From contig NC_068983.1 in assembly GCF_001194135.2 (NCBI RefSeq), forward strand, positions 138,170,261 through 138,231,427: 61,167 bases of DNA, in the 5' to 3' direction. Every line of letters begins with the position of its first letter. Position 1 is the stretch's first letter. Origin of the DNA: Octopus bimaculoides (Eukaryota). Both the position numbers and the translations under genes were made by a program. The notes below the pieces were generated by a model. That model saw nothing but the letters and a program-made list of their open reading frames with translations, had not been told where the DNA came from and made no database searches. Below, in pieces: positions 50,437 through 61,167 of the stretch.

Positions 50437-50589
50437 AACTGCAGCTATACGGTATTGATGCTGTAGCAGGGTTAATTATGCTGCCTATTGAACCATAATT
50501 CATGGTCTAAGATGAAAAGCATTTCCCTTCCGTCTATAAAAAAATCTCTTGTAATGATGTTTTATGATTTTTCATATCTGATTTTACTT

Positions 50590-50910
50590 CGTATCCAGGA
50601 ATCTCCCGATAATTCGTGCTGAATGAAACAAATAGGTTTTCTGCACTCGCGTCCAGATTAAACTCTAGTTTTCGAAAATTTACACTCAAATTCTTCATCA
50701 CCGTTCCCAAAGCATCAAAGATAACTGGTTGGATCCAACTGCATTTATTCTTTTTCTTTCGGTATCACTCAATTCATTCTTCCTCCATTCAATAATTATT
50801 GTTCCTTACCTTGTCAGTAATAGTATATTAATTTTGATTGCTTGTATGATATTTCCTGCATTCAATTTGATTTTTAAAATCTCCATTCACTGATTAACAA
50901 CTGCAGAGTG
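50590..50910 (-). mobile_element. R4/Dong-like LINE fragment, internally deleted
   Basis: Minus strand: ILKIKLNAGNIIQAI...GTIIIEWRKNELSDTERK (RT thumb) is joined directly to PVIFDALGTVMKNL...SARIIGRFLDT (extreme C-terminus). Confidence 0.7.
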
Positions 50911-52656
50911 GTTAGTTACTTCCAATAACGAGTTGAGAGCAAGCTCTACCTGAAAGTTCGGGCGGTAAAGGGGAAATATATTCATCATCTCCATCACTTA
51001 CTAAGGTGTAAACCGTTGTTTTTCATCAGTTTTCATCTGCCCAGAGCGGAGTTTATAATCTTTCGTGTTTTAAGGAAGGGAAGCAACCAATAGGTCAGAA
51101 TGTCAATCTGCTACCAACACACTTTTGTAATAATGCGTTGGCATATATTTAGGGCGCAGCATCCGCAAAGATTCCCGGGCGAAGTGGTGTGATCGCCACT
51201 TCAGACAAGTCTTTTCACTTTTCTTCATTTTAATGGAGTGGTGTTGTGGGTCAAGTGGAGACTGGGATGTGATTCTGGGCAGTGCATCAGAGGTACGCCA
51301 ATCCTTGAATTCTATAATGGATTAGGGAGAGGAAAGACCAGCAACGCTTTTAGTAAAACTCTGGATATCAATTTAAGCAATTGATTTCTTTATAAATTTT
51401 TAATTTTTTCTCTTTTTTGCGGGGTTATAATTTGTAGTTGATGATTGAATTTTTAAGCTTCCATTATTTGTTGCACAGCGAAATTCGAATTCTGTGCAAA
51501 ACATGAACTAATCATATCCAGTCATGGTTTAGCTTTATTCTAATACACCTTTTCAATTCTTTCGTTTCCATTATCATCTTCAGCGAAACAAATTGATGCA
51601 TCTCTTTTCTACGGGATCAACCCTAATATCAATAATCTCATGATGTGAAAAAGTTTTGGGTAATTCAATATCGTTGTCACCTCAAATCCAGTCATTGATA
51701 ATTTTATCTCGGAGATTATGTAAAGGATTCTCAATGGACGTTGTTTGTACTGTCTGCATTGTTTCCCTACCTAATATTAAAACCATCAGAATCCCCTTCA
51801 TCTTAATCATCAGAAATAATATTGTCAAACATGAAAATAGGCGAAAGCTCTCAAAAGATTGAGTGATTTAGCAGAGGTCCATGCAACAAGAGATGTAAAG
51901 TGCGCATCCTTAATTGAAAATTGGCATTGAAAGTTTCGAATAGAAATTTCGCCGTTGATTAATTATTTCGTAAAATTATTTCTATAATGGCATTTGAAAT
52001 TTTGGGTAATTCCCTGGCTCATTGCTGTATGAGAGGAGTGAGGTTAAGTGGAAATAACACGAAGAAATATCTCCACAATCTGAAACCATCATTGATCCGT
52101 GGGGACGGGCCCTACAGTTATCATGGAGTGAAATATATTTAGTGTCGAAAGGCTTACCACGAATTTGACACTGTCTCACGCTCGCATGTAAAACAATTTT
52201 GAAAAGTTATTTATCTATGCATTCGATTGGACTTTATTGGAAGCTACCATTATTTCATTCAAGGCCGTAAGACGATGGAACTTGTTGCTAACATTTAAAA
52301 CTTTATTCCGTCTTCAGAAGACATATTAGCGGCGCGTGTAACAGCCTATCGTTTTTTATCATATTTGAAATTATAGAAATGTTCCATTCGAACTTGTCAG
52401 TGTTATCGTTTTCTAGAGGCCTGTTTTTCGTATATTTCATTGCCTGAAAGATTATATTCTCGACAAATCAAAAATCATTCGGTTTCCTTTGGGTATCGAT
52501 TTTGAATCTGGTGATCATTTATTATCGACCATGTCTTGTTTGTTTTCTTATCCTTTTATTGTCATATCTCGATTGAAACATACGGTAATTTATTTCAATT
52601 TATTTTAGAATTAATGAAAAATTTAGTAAAATAACTTTGTCATTATTAAGCTGCTG

Positions 52657-52880
52657 TAAGGCGGCGAACTGGCAGAAACGTTAGCACGCCGAGCGAATTG
52701 CTTAGCGGTATTTCGTCTGCCGCTACGTTCTGAGTTCAGATTCTGCCGAGGTCGACTTTGCCTTTCATCATTTCGGAGTCAATAAATTAAGTACCAGTTG
52801 CATACTGTAGTCTATCTAATCGACTTGCCCCCTCCTCAAAAATTTCGGGCCTTGTGCCTAACGTAAAAAAGTTTATTATG
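52657..52880 (+). mobile_element. SINE family A, full length
   Basis: AAGGCGGCGAACTGGCAGAAACGTTAGCACGCCG (A-box region), GAGTTCAGATTC (B-box) and 3' GGCCTTGTGCC. Confidence 0.92.
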
Positions 52881-53039
52881 TTGCTGTTTATGTTTGGCGA
52901 GCTGGAAAAATTGTTAAAGAGTCAGAAAAATGCAGATGAATGGGATCAGCTTTCCTTTCTTTCCTCCAGGATCAATAAAATTTCCATCAATACCCCATCA
53001 AACTCTGTTGTCAATAGTTTCGACTGACATCCTTCCCTC

Positions 53040-54290
53040 GACAAGAAATAGATAACATACTATCAGCGCGTGGCACTCTAGTAGACTTCGACGGAAAACT
53101 ATGGAGCAAGTCGGATAGAGTGGATACCTTCGACATAGCGCCGGGATCCTCCGACTTGGAACAAGTCACAAATTTTGTCAGGGTTTACATCCTATCCCTA
53201 ATTCAATCCTCATTTCCGGAAATCGGTGGAGGTCTGTATAATGATGATGCTCTATTCTTCTTCAATAGATGTAGTAAAGTAGAGATAGGAAGGCTTAAAA
53301 TATATTTTTCAAACATTTTAAAAACTTACGATTGAAAATAATTACCGTAGAGTGAACTTCTTAGATGTTATATTCAGCCTAAAAACTGGGTTGTACGAGC
53401 CTTTTCGTAAGTCCAATGACAACTTAAAGTATATAAACGCGCAATGCAATCACCCACTCCCATTATAAGAGGACTAGTCAATAGTATTTCCGCTAGAATA
53501 TCTAGGTTTGCAAATAAGGAAATTTTCAGTAAGCATGCACCTGCTACAATGACACTTTAGCTAGGGCTCATCACAGGGCGAAAATAGAATGCTCACTTAA
53601 AAATAATATAAACAATATATAATATAACATATAATAATATAAACAATTCCGAGAACCACGCCACCAAAGACAAAACACACCACACAACAAATGAGTACCA
53701 TAAGAAGAACGACTCAAATCGTCGAAATATGCCAACAAAAAGAAGGAATATAAAGACTAATGATTGTAACGAGACTACCTGCGGCATACACCGCTATTAC
53801 AGCAAAACACAACATATCAAAAAGTCGCAATAACACACCTTACGCTAGAACAAATAAGCCAAACAGCAAATATAAAACAAAGCAAGATGCCCTCTGGTAT
53901 AACCCTATCTAGGATCACACATCTATCTTGGATCATAAAAGAGGTCTTCGCCACACTAGATCAATTCTTTCCGAAATCTAATAAATGCAGTAAAATATTT
54001 AATCGGCACACCGTGAAGGTATCGTACGCCAACTCATCCAACTTAGAGCACCACATATATATGATAAACTATAGGAAAATAAATCAGGTTTGGAGTAACC
54101 TAAAGAATAGGTCCTTAACCATGGAAGGCGGTCCATCAAGGGACTCGATAAACAATGTTAATAATAGCCCTGTGAACATCAGAAATGCACTGTGAACATC
54201 AGAAGGGGCCCCTGTGTGTATATCGGCATATCTGTAGACATTTTAAAAACTCGATATAGAAACCACATCACCAGCTTCAAAAAAGTAAAT
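53040..54290 (+). mobile_element. Penelope-like element: RT C-terminal half plus GIY-YIG endonuclease
   Basis: FDIAPGSSDLEQV..FV (cf. FDVTMGS.DGAEVCELVG), GLYNDDAL at 53237-53248 (YRDD catalytic motif), NFLDV...YEPFRKSNDNLKYINAQCNHP, IFNRHTVKVSY, and VYIGIS...KTRYRNHITSFK at ~54216-54285. Confidence 0.9.
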
Positions 54291-54459
54291 AAATGACTAG
54301 GAATCGTTGTTGTTGACCAAGGATAGGATGATTAATGTATTTTCAGAGCGATTGGTAACATGTTTGCACACAAACAAATGTTCATTTTCACAATACAATA
54401 GGAACATTATATAATGAATACAGATTAATTACAGAAAACATAACAATGAAATGACTTAA

Positions 54460-54680
54460 ACTCCCCTACCCCCATTCCAAGTGAAAACATCCTGCGATAC
54501 AACTTTGGAACTTACACCACCAAATAACTCGATGGACCTGCTATACTGTTTAAAGTGAACATTAAAAGTGCTTTTAGATTGTCCTGCATATACGTGTACC
54601 TGTCCTTGAAATTTGATTTTGGTGTTACGAAAAAATACAAACTTACGCATAAAAAAACTGGATAATGATATGTTGTATAT
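54460..54680 (-). mobile_element. Possible Penelope GIY-YIG fragment
   Basis: Minus strand HVYAGQSKSTFNVHFKQY resembles .YIGQT.R....RFKEH. Confidence 0.4.
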
Positions 54681-54895
54681 GTTTATGTTATATGTTATAG
54701 ACCCGAGACCTTTGTATTCCACTAACTCATACTGACAGACAATACAGTCCTAGGCTGTCTATCCAAGTACTACGTACTATCTGTATAATTCCAACATATT
54801 CAATATGTATCGAGATTATTGTCGAATGTACAATTATAGACTGTTTATCCAAGTAGTACATACTATCTAAGTCATTCCAACTAATACAATATTTA

Positions 54896-54985
54896 TTGTA
54901 ATTACTATATGTATTGTAATTATTATATGTATAGTAATTATTATATGCATTGTAATTATTATATGTATTGTAATTATATATGTAA
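54896..54985. repeat. Minisatellite: about five copies of an ~18-bp unit ATTATTATATGTATTGTA
   Basis: Direct observation of degenerate tandem units. Confidence 0.9.
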
Positions 54986-55432
54986 TCCTAGAAATGAGTC
55001 TGCGGGTCCAACTGTCACTAGACACGTATGTGCCCTTGAGATGTACTGGCATATGTAAATACGAAAATATAGCTACGTACATGCTTGTATAAATATGTTT
55101 GTACGGGTGTATGCGAGGAAGAGTAAATATTTAGACATATATATATATATATATATGATGAGTGGGGTTATTCACCTGGAATATAGATGTTTGTATGTGG
55201 GCCCGTATGTGTAAAAAAATATATATGCACATAGATAAATGCATATGAATGTGTCTATGTGCATATGTAAATACTTATATATGTTGCCCTGTATGTGGAT
55301 GTAGAATAAACTTATATATATATATATATATGCATATCAATATATGTATATATATATATATATATGTATATATATNNNNNNNNNNNNNNNNNNNNNNNNN
55401 NNNNNNNNNNNNNNNNNNNNNNNNNNNNNATA

Positions 55433-55467
<35 letters not shown>

Positions 55468-56339
55468 GCATATCAATATATGTATATGTATCAGTACGTG
55501 AATGTATGTAAATACCTGTATATGTCAATTTTCGTGTGTCAAACCACTGTTACATATATGTATGAGTGTGTGTCTATGTATATATACAAATACTTGTATA
55601 TGTTGGCGCTTAATATATCGGCTGAGTCATCATTATCCGACTGTAGACTGGCCCCGCAGCAGGGCGTTAGATACCATTCTTGTTTCCCTCAGATATGACT
55701 ATCTTGGTTGTTTATGACGATATTCAGTGACATTTCCTTATAGCAGCTCTCCATACACCTGCATTATTTTCTAGAAACCGCATAGTTCCCCAAAATAGAT
55801 TATGACACTCACGAAAGTACATTGATTTTTTACTGCCCACTCCAATCACCAACCTCTTGGTTAGGTGTGATTTTGTGCACCCAGCCGTAAAGAACTTTAT
55901 TTTAAATTGGTATTTTTTTCTATTGGCAAGAAGCCTGGACAGACAGTGTTCTTGTATTTTTAGGTCATTGTTATGTATTTCAGAAAAAAGAATCGCTTTG
56001 GTATGATATATAATTAATAGATTTATTATCTATAGGACTAGGATTGATTGAAGAGTGACAGCAATGTTAAAGGCAACCGTGCGTATCTTTCTATATCTAC
56101 ATATCTCCCTACAAGTTGTATACAGACATGGCATGCATACATACAAATACATTTTAGCACATATGCAAACATCCATAGACGTGCAGGAAGACAGATCTAA
56201 AAACATGCAAAAATATACCTCCATACCTACGTACACACATATGTGTCACTGCGTGTATGTGTGTGTGTATGAGTCTGTGCGCGTGCGTGCGTACGTATTG
56301 CCCGTTAGTGAGTTCTGGCCTTACAGTAATTTAGTGAAA

Positions 56340-57140
56340 ACAATGTCCCTTTTCTCCTCACTTACCATCAATCCTCCTCACCCCTCCAACACGCTTTCAT
56401 CCAATTCCTATCCGATCCTTTTTACTCCTCATATTTTCCCTACTCACTCACACTGTCAATCGAGCCCACAACGCATGCAATCTACTGGTTCGCAGCTTCT
56501 TTTCCCCTTTTCCCCTCCTGGCAATCAACCTGACTCCTTCCCTTGCTCTCATCCACGCTGCTGCACCTGCCCCATCTGTTCCAACAGCACCGTCCTAAGC
56601 GATACCCACCACCGACCCTACCACATCTCTGACACGTTCTCTTGGATCACTAGTAATTTGATTTGTGGCAATCTCTGCACTCTTTGCCTCTCCCTGTACA
56701 TTAGACAAACTGGTTAGAACCTAGGTGATCGTTTTGTCGAACATCTTCAGGAATTAGACTCGGCCAAGACATCCCGGTCTTGTACCACTTCTGCTCGACC
56801 GTTTCTTGCCTGCAAACATCTGTTTGTGTTTGGGCTGGTCTTGCATAAAGGCCGCTCGGATTACAGCCTCGGTTTGGAACAGCAAATTCATTTTTTCTCC
56901 ATATTCATAAATCCCTCACGATCTAAATTCTCTAGCCCACTTTATCTAAACCTTTCCTCCACTCGCATTTACGCTATCATAAACCTCTTACTTTTCTACT
57001 ACCTCTTCCTGTGAATCCTTCGCTGAGAACAGAAGCAGTCTCCGTTCGACAGATGATTTTTCCACAGCTCATCTTTGTGCCGCACTGCAGTCCGGTGTAA
57101 AGCAAAGACAGAGATAGGACTCTTGGCTTCAGAGATGCCA
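56340..57140 (+). mobile_element. Penelope-like element 3' part: RT thumb, Cys-rich linker, GIY-YIG and 3' region
   Basis: NVPFLLTYH...NLLVRS, FPCSHPRCCTCPIC (zinc-finger-like linker typical of Neptune-type PLEs), and FSWITSNLICGNLCTLCLSLYIRQTG*NLGDRFVEHL (cf. NLIY.I.C..C...YIGQTGR.L.DRF.EH). Confidence 0.85.
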
Positions 57141-57199
57141 CCGAGCGCTTACAGTACTCAAGCATTTTGGACAATGCTGTAAGTGAAAGTGTTATATTT

Positions 57200-57978
57200 G
57201 TGTTCTATAGAGATTTATTGGTGAGGAAAACCACTGCGTTCTCCGGGAAAGTCAAGGACAACCGCCTAGTCTGTCCTGGATTTCTGGAAATTTGAATATC
57301 AACCGGCTGATCAATCCCTTATAAAATCTTCTGGAGCAGTGCTAAACTGGGTTTCGTGCCCATTTCCTCGATCCATCTATTTAAATCTTTAGGGATAGTT
57401 CCTAATGCACCTATAACTACAGAAATACATTTTACCCGCATTTTCCAAAAAAGTCTCTATAACGCAATGGCTAGATTATGCTACTTTGCTATTTTTGCCA
57501 TACCTCACATATTGACTTTCTAATTATTTGAGATTCTAAAGTCAATTATCTGGCGCTTTCTATTCTCTTTATCTACTACTACTAAATCACGATTTCTAGC
57601 TTTTATTGCTCTGTCAGTCTGAATATTAAAGTCCCACAACATCTTATATTTCTTACTTTCTAATACCTTACTAGGTTCATGTTCATACCATTTCTCAGTA
57701 TGGTCAAATCCTAGCTCTCTCCATAACTCCCAATCGATTACTCTCCCTTGATTGTCATGTCTTTTCTTGTATTCTTTCAGCACAATCATACTACATTGAC
57801 TTACTATATGAATAACACTCTCCTCTTATGATTTGTATAACCTAGATTGGGGATCTACTTGGGTTTTGTCTATATTGGCTTTTATCCAATTAGTACTTAA
57901 TTCTTAATTTGTGCTGCTTCGAACAAAGTTTCTTCTGTCTCCTTTTTCAGCCTTCCTTTCTACAGCCATAAGCATGTC

Positions 57979-57980
<2 letters not shown>
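57200..57980 (-). mobile_element. R4/Dong-like LINE 3' portion (CCHC region plus REL endonuclease)
   Basis: EYKKRHDNQGRVIDWELWRELGFDHTEKWYEHEPSKVLESKKYKMLWDFNIQTDRAIKARNRDLVVVDKENRKRQIIDF...VVIGALGTIPKDL. Confidence 0.9.

Positions 57981-58034
<54 letters not shown>
57981..58034. repeat. (TTA)n microsatellite abutting the 5' end of the R4/Dong-like fragment
   Basis: Direct observation. Confidence 0.95.
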
Positions 58035-58036
<2 letters not shown>

Positions 58037-58526
58037 GTTTTGCCTGCTATTTTATTTCATATTTTATTCATTTAAATACTATCTACTTGGATGCCTTATC
58101 TCTCTACTCTTTCATAACCGACATATGTAACTGCTTATGTTTCTTATATTAAATTGTTCAGCTTCAATTACGTCTAAGCTAAGCTTTCATTTAATATCTT
58201 AACGATTGTCAACGTTCAAGTGTCTCTGTATGTATGTATGTATGTATGTAAGTATGTATGTATATATATACGTATGTAAGTATGTATGTATGTACGTACA
58301 TAACTATGTATGTATATATGTATGCATCTATCTATCCATTTAAATGAGTTACACGTACCACTTGTGAGGTTCTCTCTCTCTCACTTGTATATCAAAATGT
58401 ACGCATTAACAACTGGCGCACACACATATGCGTAAGCGCTTATATGAAGAAAGGCAATTTTCCATCCTTCCATTGAAGGCGTATGGATGTTTCTTGCTGT
58501 ACTTATCTATCTTGCAGTACTTGTCT

Positions 58527-58628
58527 ACTACCTACCTACCTACCTACCTACCTACCTACCTACCTACCTACCTACCTGCCTATCTACCTGCCTACCTACC
58601 TTCCTATCCATCCATCTATCTATCTATG

Positions 58629-58691
<63 letters not shown>

Positions 58692-58700
58692 ATGTCTATC
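58527..58700. repeat. (CTAC)n/(TATC)n microsatellite
   Basis: Direct observation. Confidence 0.95.
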
Positions 58701-59199
58701 TAGCTTTTGTATGTATCCGTGTGTTTAAAGATTTAGTCATACATGCCTTTGGTATGTTATTAACGCAAGTACACACTCTCACTCCAATTAAATGTCTCTT
58801 TACTTTTGCTGTCTCCGAAACGTGTAAGTAAATGTCATTGTATAGTAAGTAGATGGCTAATCTAATTAATACTGTCTTGCATGATAAATAATTACAGCGT
58901 CTTGCTACTAAGGTAACAGAACACAAATTATCCGAAAACATTATCAGCGCCAATGAAATTGCCATTAGAGAAGAAAACTTAAAAACGTGGGGGTGGGGGT
59001 GGGGGTTCAATAGTAACAGCAGCTGTGGCATTAATACTAAGAATAAAAATAAAATAACAGAGGACAATGCCGAAAGGGATAAAGAAATATAAGGAATGAA
59101 CATGAAAGAAAATCGTTTAGTATTGTAAACAAGAATATAAGAATCGAAACTTTTCCTAAACTTTGACACTAAAACAACGGAACGAAGGAAATTGTATCA

Positions 59200-59528
59200 G
59201 TAAAAGCGAATACAATCAGAATAGCATTAATAACATGGAAAGAAAACAAATGATGTAAAACTATGGCATAATAATTAAAAACAATAACAGCAACAACAAC
59301 ATCAACAATGACAAAAAGTAAGAACGGCTTAAAGCTCAGTAGTGTTAATTGTTGAGTTTTTTGTTTCATTTTGTCAGGCATTGAAAAAAATATAACTCTT
59401 TAGACAATAGAACAAGAGCCAAGCCTGGCATTAACAAGAGTAACAGCAACGAGAACACAAATGATGATAACAATAAGAACAAGAACAAGTACAAGCACAA
59501 GCACAACAACAACAATAATAATGATAAC

Positions 59529-59604
<76 letters not shown>

Positions 59605-59960
59605 TTCAACATTGACATTAACAGCAACAGCACCGACGTCATTGAGAAGGATATTAAGAGCACGAATAACATGAAAAATAACAACAGCAAACTGTTGCAT
59701 CAACCAATCTAACACAATTATGTGAAGGAGTAATAGCAGCAACAAAAGAAACAGTTAGAGTTACAATAAGTTATATAAAAAAAAATTGTAATATGCTTAA
59801 AACTAGCAACAACGACAACAGCATTCATCAACAATAACAGTGTGATTTACAAAATGATAAACAACAACAGGAACTAGACTTTCAACCACAGTAACAGTGG
59901 CAATTACAGCTGCAGTAACGATAGCAGATGTAATGACAAGATCAACAACGACAATAGCTG
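59200..59960. repeat. Degenerate (CAA)/(TAA)/(CAG) low-complexity region with pure (TAA)n at ~59530-59602
   Basis: Direct observation. Confidence 0.9.
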
Positions 59961-60106
59961 GCAGTACAAAGAAACAGTCAAAATTCATCAACTAAAGAAC
60001 AAAACCGAGCCAAATGCCACAAACTTAATAAGATACGACATATTTAAAGGATAATGTATTCGTTTATTCCTTTTACACTTAATCTTTTATTAGTGAAGCC
60101 CAATCT

Positions 60107-60108
60107 AC

Positions 60109-60145
<37 letters not shown>

Positions 60146-60146
60146 C

Positions 60147-60203
<57 letters not shown>
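60107..60203. repeat. (CTAT)n microsatellite
   Basis: Direct observation. Confidence 0.95.
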
Positions 60204-60234
60204 GTTACGCTTTTGATTGTATTTGAAGGTAGAG

Positions 60235-60583
60235 AAATGGTTTGCCAGTCTGGATTTCAAAATTGTAGAGGATAGACCTATATAAAAAAGAATTTCTTGT
60301 TACAAGAGGTAACCTTGCATTTTTAATTCGGCAGTTTCCATTAGGATGCAGGTTTTATTGGGGCCACAATTGTAAATGCTGGTTACATTAATGTTATCAT
60401 TTAAGGAGAGATTATCGTTAATATTATTGTTAGTGTTAATAAGTTAACTAGTATTATTAGGAGAGATAGAGTTTGTGAGACCTTGTTGGTGTTAGAGAAA
60501 CCTACTCTGATATGGTGTGTCGTGAAAATCGAGAGGTACCCTGAATTAACAGGGAAGTTTCTTTCTATAGCTTGATTAAATAA
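60235..60583 (-). mobile_element. Penelope-like RT-end/GIY-YIG fragment
   Basis: Minus strand: FNQAIERNFPVNSGYLSIF..HTIRVGFSN...NCGPNKTCIL.GNC..KN...FYIGLSSTILKSRLANH. Same architecture as 53940-54290. Confidence 0.7.
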
Positions 60584-61167
60584 GCCAATATCTAGCCTGG
60601 ACAGTTCGTGAGCAATGAAAGCGAATCAGCTTTCTGGGCGACCTCTGCCTCCTGAGTCAAGAATGTTTCTGACGTTCTAGCATGCGATCTTCAAACCCTT
60701 GGTAACCTTTTGATGGCGTGTGAAATCTTTCTTTCTGGTACTTGTGCAGGATGCCCATTGGCCGCAGTTTTCCAAATGGGTGTGTAGTAGATGAGCTTTC
60801 TTTAGGCCTTCTTTCCTAGGTCACTCTTCGTCTGGAGCAAGCAGTGATCTCCCTAGATAAGACTACTTAGTAGTTCGAAATGCTGCCGAGTGATGTTGTT
60901 GTATCCGGGTCAACACCCATCGACCAATGTTGCGAACCGCCTGCATGCAGGTTGAGAACTGCGGCTTCCAGTGATTTCTTTCACCTGCCGTTTTCACCCC
61001 CGTCCCATCCTTACAGAGATTGGAGAGTTCTGGTCGCGGTCGTGGACGAGGAAAAGCCCTTCGGCCAGTGCGATAGTATTTTATAGTGAAGTGCAGTCTG
61101 CGCAGAACTATACCCGCCATTTACAACTACAGTTCATCTGTCGTGGCCTAGCAAGCTGGAACACAGA
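60584..61167 (-). mobile_element. RTE/BovB-like LINE 5' end (5' UTR and start of APE endonuclease)
   Basis: Minus strand LKIAC*NVRNILDSGGRGRPES*FAFIAHELSRLDIG matches the RTE start (L.IACWNVRT.LD.....RPERR.ALIA.EL.RL.ID). The GC-richer upstream sequence runs to the window end. Confidence 0.85.

Noticed and set aside
51120-51330. GC-richer island with a small hairpin GAAGTGG-N8-CCACTTC and an open frame of about 55 codons
   Set aside because: It has no start codon, no recognisable motif and no second copy in the window, so there is not enough to call.
56055-56717. 220-aa ORF with a Cys-rich C-terminus as a possible zinc-finger gene
   Set aside because: The C-terminal part is the Penelope linker and GIY-YIG start, ending at an in-frame stop in YIRQTG*. 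The N-terminal part is low-complexity read-through.

Overview
AT-rich, microsatellite-dense eukaryotic DNA with 13 N-gaps, almost all next to simple repeats. The interspersed repeats (tRNA-derived SINEs beginning GGCGGCGAGCTGGCAGAA... and ...GTGGTAAGAAGCTTGCTT..., plus their LINE/mariner companions) resemble what I recall from Octopus genomes. That assignment is recognition, not a database result. I cannot support any host protein-coding gene. The long ORFs in the track come from microsatellites or N-runs, and the remaining recognisable coding remnants are decayed transposons: at least 6 mariner relics, about 9 Penelope-like (RT/GIY-YIG) fragments, 5 R4/Dong-like REL-endonuclease LINE fragments, 2 RTE/BovB-like and 2 CR1-like LINE fragments, and about 12 SINE copies. 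The most notable structures are: (1) a near-perfect 213-bp inverted duplication (211/213 identical) copying a SINE-mariner junction; (2) a tandem of three R4/Dong-like fragments separated by (TAA)n tracts, consistent with microsatellite targeting; (3) a ~660-bp foldback/MITE element; (4) a degenerate hammerhead-like motif in a repeat present twice. I found no convincing new protein-coding system. The window is best read as a repeat-rich intergenic or intronic region.
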